From Candidatus Woesearchaeota archaeon (GTDB lineage Archaea; Nanobdellota; Nanobdellia; Woesearchaeales; GW2011-AR4), in assembly GCA_016181305.1 (NCBI GenBank), contig JACOZN010000002.1:11619-75618 (forward strand): 64,000 nt of DNA, in the 5' to 3' direction. A model generated the notes under the pieces. That model had not been told where the DNA came from. It worked only from the letters and a program-made list of their open reading frames with translations, and did no database searches. The translations under genes were made by a program, and so were the position numbers. This document shows positions 59,486 through 64,000 of this stretch, piece after piece; within the stretch, counting starts at the first letter, position 1; every line of letters starts with the position of its first letter.

Positions 59486-60013
59486 CTATGGCGCAGCCCT
59501 TGATATCACTGAATAGCGCCTGTAAAGGTTCAAAAATTTCTCGATGTGGTCAACAAGATGGTTGATGTCATGCACGAGCATGTGCTCGAACCTCTCAGTG
59601 TAAGCCTTGAATATGAAATTGTCATACAGTGTTCTTAAAAAATATAAAAAAGGCCTGCCCTCCCATCTGCCCTGGAGGTCGTACTCAACAAACCCGTCAA
59701 TTACAATTATTACTCTTCCGCTATCGACCTTTCTTTTTCTGCCGTCAATTACAGCGTCTGTTTTTAATAAATCATAACCGAGAACTCTTATCTTTATAAT
59801 GTACCTTGTGTAATCAGTTATCCACTTCCACGGCGATATCTGCCATTCTATGAACTTTCCATTTGCTGTATTCTGCTCGAAATCCTTGTCCTGCTTCTTG
59901 TCAAAGCCCCTCTCCCATATGAAGTTTTCAATCATCTTTAAAAAATTAGTTATGTCTATAGGCCCGCTGTAATCTATCTTTTCATGGTCTACAACTATTT
60001 TGACATGCCCCAT
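59486..60013 (-). CDS. Conserved hypothetical protein, paralog 2 of a tandem triplet
   Basis: YSGPIDI..FLKMI..F, EYDLQGRWE..PFLYFLRTLYD. Confidence 0.7.
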   Translation of the reverse strand: MGHVKIVVDHEKIDYSGPIDITNFLKMIENFIWERGFDKKQDKDFEQNTANGKFIEWQISPWKWITDYTRYIIKIRVLGYDLLKTDAVIDGRKRKVDSGRVIIVIDGFVEYDLQGRWEGRPFLYFLRTLYDNFIFKAYTERFEHMLVHDINHLVDHIEKFLNLYRRYSVISRAAP

Positions 60014-60033
60014 AATAACCTCGTTTTATAAAG

Positions 60034-60597
60034 TCAGTGCGCCCCATGCATATGCCTGGACTCAAATCCTTCGGATGCCATCTTTAAGCGTTCTTTGATT
60101 AGTGCATGAAGCCCCAGAACGATTTTATAATAAAGCTCATCCCACCATACGCTCTCAATCCTTTTCTTGACAATGTACTTGTTGTAAAAGCTCTTGAGAT
60201 GCGCCAGGAAAGCGCTCTTTTCCCATATCTTTTCATAGTCAGTCTCGACTGTGCCGTAAAGCTGTATCCACAGCCTGCCCTTAGCCATTTTTTTCTTTGT
60301 GCCGTCCTTCAGGACAACCTCAACATCGTGCAGATCAAAAGTCTCTATATTTACATTGACAATCCACTGGTAATAATCCTCAACTTTCCTTCTTGCTATA
60401 AAGTTATGGGCAACTTCAGCGCCAAAAGGGCCTGGCCTTCTGAGCCTGTGCTGGCTTTCCTGAAGCTTGAATTTTTTCTGCCTGAAGAAGTCAGCTATTG
60501 TCTCGTAAACATCCTGCATGTCAAAAATGCCCTTATATTGAATATAAACGTCTGGTGTTGGCGCTGTCGGAAAATGTATAAAATCATCGGGCTTCAT
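60034..60597 (-). CDS. Conserved hypothetical protein, paralog 1 of a tandem triplet
   Basis: YKGIFDMQDVYETIADFF, DYEKIWEKSAFLAHLKSFYNK. Confidence 0.7.
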   Translation of the reverse strand: MKPDDFIHFPTAPTPDVYIQYKGIFDMQDVYETIADFFRQKKFKLQESQHRLRRPGPFGAEVAHNFIARRKVEDYYQWIVNVNIETFDLHDVEVVLKDGTKKKMAKGRLWIQLYGTVETDYEKIWEKSAFLAHLKSFYNKYIVKKRIESVWWDELYYKIVLGLHALIKERLKMASEGFESRHMHGAH

Positions 60598-60648
60598 GAA
60601 ATTTTCTTGAGGATAAGTATATATAAAGTTTTCTATGGCATTGATAGG

Positions 60649-62016
60649 TTATTTGCCGAACCTGTAAGAATCAGGCAATGCAGCATTCTTCTCTATGATT
60701 AAGGAATTGTTCCTTTTGGCTATTTTGTAGAAAACATAACCTGTGCCGTTTGTCTCCTTTACGATGTAATTTTGCCTGTATTGGCTGATGTCCTCTGCCT
60801 CATAAGTGTCAGGATACAATATTTTTGAGTCTTTGCTTGCTATTGTTATCCACCATGGAAAAAGCCCCCTTTCAATGGCTATGATGGACTTGCTGTCAGG
60901 GCTGAGCTCTTTCCTTAGCTTCAGCAGCCCGTCAAAGTCGTTTTTGGATATTGATGCCTCTGCTGAGCCTAAAATCCATGCCACAGAAACAAATTCAAGC
61001 ACTATTGCCGCAGCCGTTAGCGCCACAACAAGCTTAAATGCCTTTTTGCCGCTATAGTGCAAAAGGCTTCCTGCATAGAATGCAGCCAAAAACGGGTAGG
61101 CAAACTGCACCATGTCGCCAAATGCAAATTTTATGTTCAGGGCATAGTATGCAAATGACAGCATCAAAGCCAAGATTGCAAAAACAGCCATTTCCATATG
61201 CTTTCTGAACGCCAAAGCCAGCCCCGAGGCAGCCAGCAGGATTAAAAGGGGGTTTGGAAGCGCAAGCCCGTTAAAATGCGTAGTAATGTATGCAGGCGGA
61301 TTTGCAGTATAAATGATTAAAAGATAAAATGGAAGCGTTATAGCGGCAGCAGCCAACAGGTAAAACTTCGCCTCTTTGTTTTTGCCTATGGCAAGCTCCA
61401 CAAGCCCTGCCAGCAATGCAACTCCAAAGAAAGCCCAATGTGTTGTCAGGGCAAAAAAATAGAATATTATGCTTAGCCATGTGAATTTCCTAGCCCTAAG
61501 CCTCAAAAAGCTGTAAGACAGGATAATGAAGTTTGATGCTATTGCAAACGTCCAGAAGCCATAGTTTTGCGAGGCTGCCAAAGGCGAAGACACTGCAACA
61601 AGCACGGCAGAAACAAGGCTTGGCATGTCTTTGATCTTGAACGACTTGCATAGCAGAAAAATTGCAAAAACCGACAGAGAGTAAAGAAAGCTTATTGTGA
61701 CTGCGGATGCTATTCCCGGATGCGCGAAAAGGAAGCTGAATGCAAGTGCAGTATTTATGAACGGCGGGTAAAAAAATGATGAATAGTTCCTGTCTACAAC
61801 ATCATAGCCATTGACCAGATAATGGTTCTTGGCATGCCACCACGGATGCATCAGGCTTTTGAGATTGCCTTCCGACAAGTCCAGCGCAGACGCTATATGG
61901 GAGCTTGTGTCCACGTTTCCAAACGGCGCATTGTAGCCCTTGTAAATGGGGGCCAGCCTGGCAAGAAAGGAGATTAAAAAAACCGCCAGCAAAAGGCAAG
62001 TGATTTTCTTAGCCAT
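60649..62016 (-). CDS. Polytopic membrane protein (GT-C/glycosyltransferase-like)
   Basis: About 11 TM segments; luminal loop D...H and FYPP motif typical of PMT-like proteins. Confidence 0.5.
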   Translation of the reverse strand: MAKKITCLLLAVFLISFLARLAPIYKGYNAPFGNVDTSSHIASALDLSEGNLKSLMHPWWHAKNHYLVNGYDVVDRNYSSFFYPPFINTALAFSFLFAHPGIASAVTISFLYSLSVFAIFLLCKSFKIKDMPSLVSAVLVAVSSPLAASQNYGFWTFAIASNFIILSYSFLRLRARKFTWLSIIFYFFALTTHWAFFGVALLAGLVELAIGKNKEAKFYLLAAAAITLPFYLLIIYTANPPAYITTHFNGLALPNPLLILLAASGLALAFRKHMEMAVFAILALMLSFAYYALNIKFAFGDMVQFAYPFLAAFYAGSLLHYSGKKAFKLVVALTAAAIVLEFVSVAWILGSAEASISKNDFDGLLKLRKELSPDSKSIIAIERGLFPWWITIASKDSKILYPDTYEAEDISQYRQNYIVKETNGTGYVFYKIAKRNNSLIIEKNAALPDSYRFGK

Positions 62017-62140
62017 AACTCCATGATTGGAGCCTGCTGTTATAAAACTTGCTTTTTACCCCGATATGCAGTGTTTGCCATTAAATTTCCCATAGGAAAG
62101 ATTTAAATACAAGTAACCCAATTAAAATTCTGTAAAAAAG

Positions 62141-63583
62141 GTGCATTTGATGAGCAAAATAAGCAAGTTCTTTGTGTTTGCGCTGGTGTTTCTTATCGCG
62201 CTTAATGCCGCTTATGCGGCTTCTTTTGATGTAACAGTAACCCCGGTCAATGACAAGATAGTGGTTGATGAAATTGCAGAGTTTGAGGTCGCAGTGCAAA
62301 ACAATCTTGACATGGAGGAGGAATTCACAATAAAAAAGGCAGGCTACCCTTTCTGGGACATGTACACAAAGCCGTTGCAGAACCCGATTACGCTGAAAGT
62401 GCCGGCTCAGAGCTCAGTCTCCATAAACCTTTTTGTTGACCCGCTGTATATAACATCAGTTGACACCTACACGCTCGATGTTGGAGTGGTTTTGCATCGC
62501 ACAGGCGAGGAGAAAAAAGTGCCTGTAACCATAGGCATAAAGTCAACAGAGCCCCTTATAGGCGGCTATATACCGACTGTTGTGACAAGCACAAGCATTT
62601 CGCCTGAGAAAGTTGATCCGCGGGAGCCTTTGTCAGTCAAAATTGTCTTGAACAACCAAAACGTCCTTGACTATCCCAACCTGACAATCAAGGTTGAAAG
62701 CAACCTTTTCAAGGACGAGCTGAACGTGCCGCTTGGCCCGAGAGAGGACAAAACAATAGAGCTCACTAAAAGCCTTGAGCCCATGACAGCACCCCAGCAC
62801 GACAGGCTGATAATTGCAGTGTTCAAGGAAGGCAGAATGATAGTCAGCCCCATTGTAAAGGAGTTTGAAATTAAGGAATACTCCGCAGAGGAGGGGCTGC
62901 CGAAAGAGCAGTCTTTCCTTAAGGTAAGGAAGGGCATTAAGGTTGTTTCCAACAATCCCGGATACAGCGGAGTTGTCAAGCTTGAGACTACACCGCTGAA
63001 AAACCTGTTCATGTCAACATCGCCAAGGGCTGATCTTGTAAAGGAGAACAGCAAGCTGTATCTTGCCTGGCAAGTCAGGCTCGGAAGCGACAGGACAATG
63101 ACGGTTTATACAACTGAAAACTACAGGCCGATTGTTGTAATAGCAGTGCTTGCTATGATTGCAATTGCCCTTTACTTCATGTTCAGGAGCCCGATTGTTG
63201 TGAGAAAAGGAATAGCAAATGTAGGAATGAGCGAGGGCGGAATATCTGATGCAAAAGTCGTAGTGAGGGTGAAAAACAGGAGCCCGGGCAGGATAGCAAA
63301 CATAGAAGTCCTTGACAATGTGCCCCACATAGCCCATGTAGAGAAGGAGCTGTCAATAGGCTCGATGCAGCCCCATGCAGTCCTTAAGCATCCCAAAGGC
63401 GGGCTTGTCATAAGATGGACAATAGAATCGCTTGAGCCCGGCGATGAAAGGGTTTTGTCCTACAGGATGAGGTCAAGGCTTGCAATCCTAGGCGAGTTCA
63501 ACCTGCCGGCTGCGACAGCAAGGGCAAAGGTTGGCGATAAAGTAATCATAAGCAATTCCAACAGGGTAAGTGTTGGGGGATAA
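62141..63583 (+). CDS. Secreted/membrane-anchored beta-rich surface protein
   Basis: Signal peptide, Ig-like repeats, internal TM, C-terminal DUF11-like domain (VKNRSP...IEVLDNVP). Confidence 0.6.
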   Translation: MHLMSKISKFFVFALVFLIALNAAYAASFDVTVTPVNDKIVVDEIAEFEVAVQNNLDMEEEFTIKKAGYPFWDMYTKPLQNPITLKVPAQSSVSINLFVDPLYITSVDTYTLDVGVVLHRTGEEKKVPVTIGIKSTEPLIGGYIPTVVTSTSISPEKVDPREPLSVKIVLNNQNVLDYPNLTIKVESNLFKDELNVPLGPREDKTIELTKSLEPMTAPQHDRLIIAVFKEGRMIVSPIVKEFEIKEYSAEEGLPKEQSFLKVRKGIKVVSNNPGYSGVVKLETTPLKNLFMSTSPRADLVKENSKLYLAWQVRLGSDRTMTVYTTENYRPIVVIAVLAMIAIALYFMFRSPIVVRKGIANVGMSEGGISDAKVVVRVKNRSPGRIANIEVLDNVPHIAHVEKELSIGSMQPHAVLKHPKGGLVIRWTIESLEPGDERVLSYRMRSRLAILGEFNLPAATARAKVGDKVIISNSNRVSVGG

Positions 63584-63868
63584 GGATTTGATATTCTTAA
63601 CTTATTGAAATATTTTCAATCCGTCCCTTCGGGACAAAAATCTTGTGCGCCTCGGACAATCAGCTGTGGAGGTTGCTTATCTTGTGCCCCTCCTCGGCGC
63701 AAATGAATTGATACTGCCAGCGATACTTTCCTGAGCTGGGCTCCCATTACAGCGTGCAGAGCTTGGGAAGCGACGTTGTTTGAATTATTTTTTATTGATT
63801 GTCAATATCCCTATTGAATCAACTTTTTACACAATCTTTATAAATAAAAAACCAATTTCAATCTTATT

Positions 63869-64000
63869 CCCCACGTAGCTCAATCTGGTGGAGCGCTCGG
63901 CTGTAGGGGTAACCGTTTGCTGACTGTGCATATTGCAAAGAATGAAGGCAAAACAGCCATAGCTCCCGAGCGGTCGGTGGTTCAAATCCGCCCGTGGGGA
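63869..64000 (+). tRNA. tRNA-Tyr(GTA) with 58-nt intron at 37/38 (63907..63964)
   Basis: CCCCACG/CGTGGGG acceptor stem; BHB CTGT/ATAG. Confidence 0.92.

Noticed and set aside
63620-63790. RNase P RNA or glycine/SAM riboswitch
   Set aside because: AGGAAAGU is present but there is no complementary P4 strand; riboswitch motif order does not match.

Overview
A 64-kb archaeal chromosomal segment. Markers are TFB, aIF-1A, rpS8e, rpL37e, Lsm, Dph2, Pth2, AMP phosphorylase and BHB-intron tRNAs. Gene content and style suggest a DPANN archaeon such as Woesearchaeota (inference, not tested). Layout: (1) 0.2-9 kb, an accessory cluster that looks like an undescribed RiPP system: a 105-aa precursor with an alternating Cys-X core (16 Cys), a radical SAM/SPASM enzyme with a C-terminal extension, a GT4 glycosyltransferase, two paralogous HExxH peptidases, an orphan ABC substrate-binding protein and a membrane-anchored PQQ-type beta-propeller. 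(2) 9-21 kb, a frameshifted Cys-rich surface protein followed by a type IV pilus/Tad locus with about seven prepilin-like genes. (3) 21-64 kb, housekeeping and hypothetical genes, including an APC permease-methyltransferase fusion, a bacterial-type lspA, a split MoSto/amino-acid-kinase-like gene and a TFB gene with an internal deletion. All eight tRNA genes carry introns (12 in total). They include tRNA-Ile(UAU) and a tRNA-Leu(CAG) intron at position 8/9. A dispersed family of short tandem hairpins sits in intergenic and leader regions; one array lies between duplicated starts of rpl37e. No CRISPR array, rRNA, transposase, integrase or reverse transcriptase was recognised. All assignments come from manual motif reading; no searches were run.
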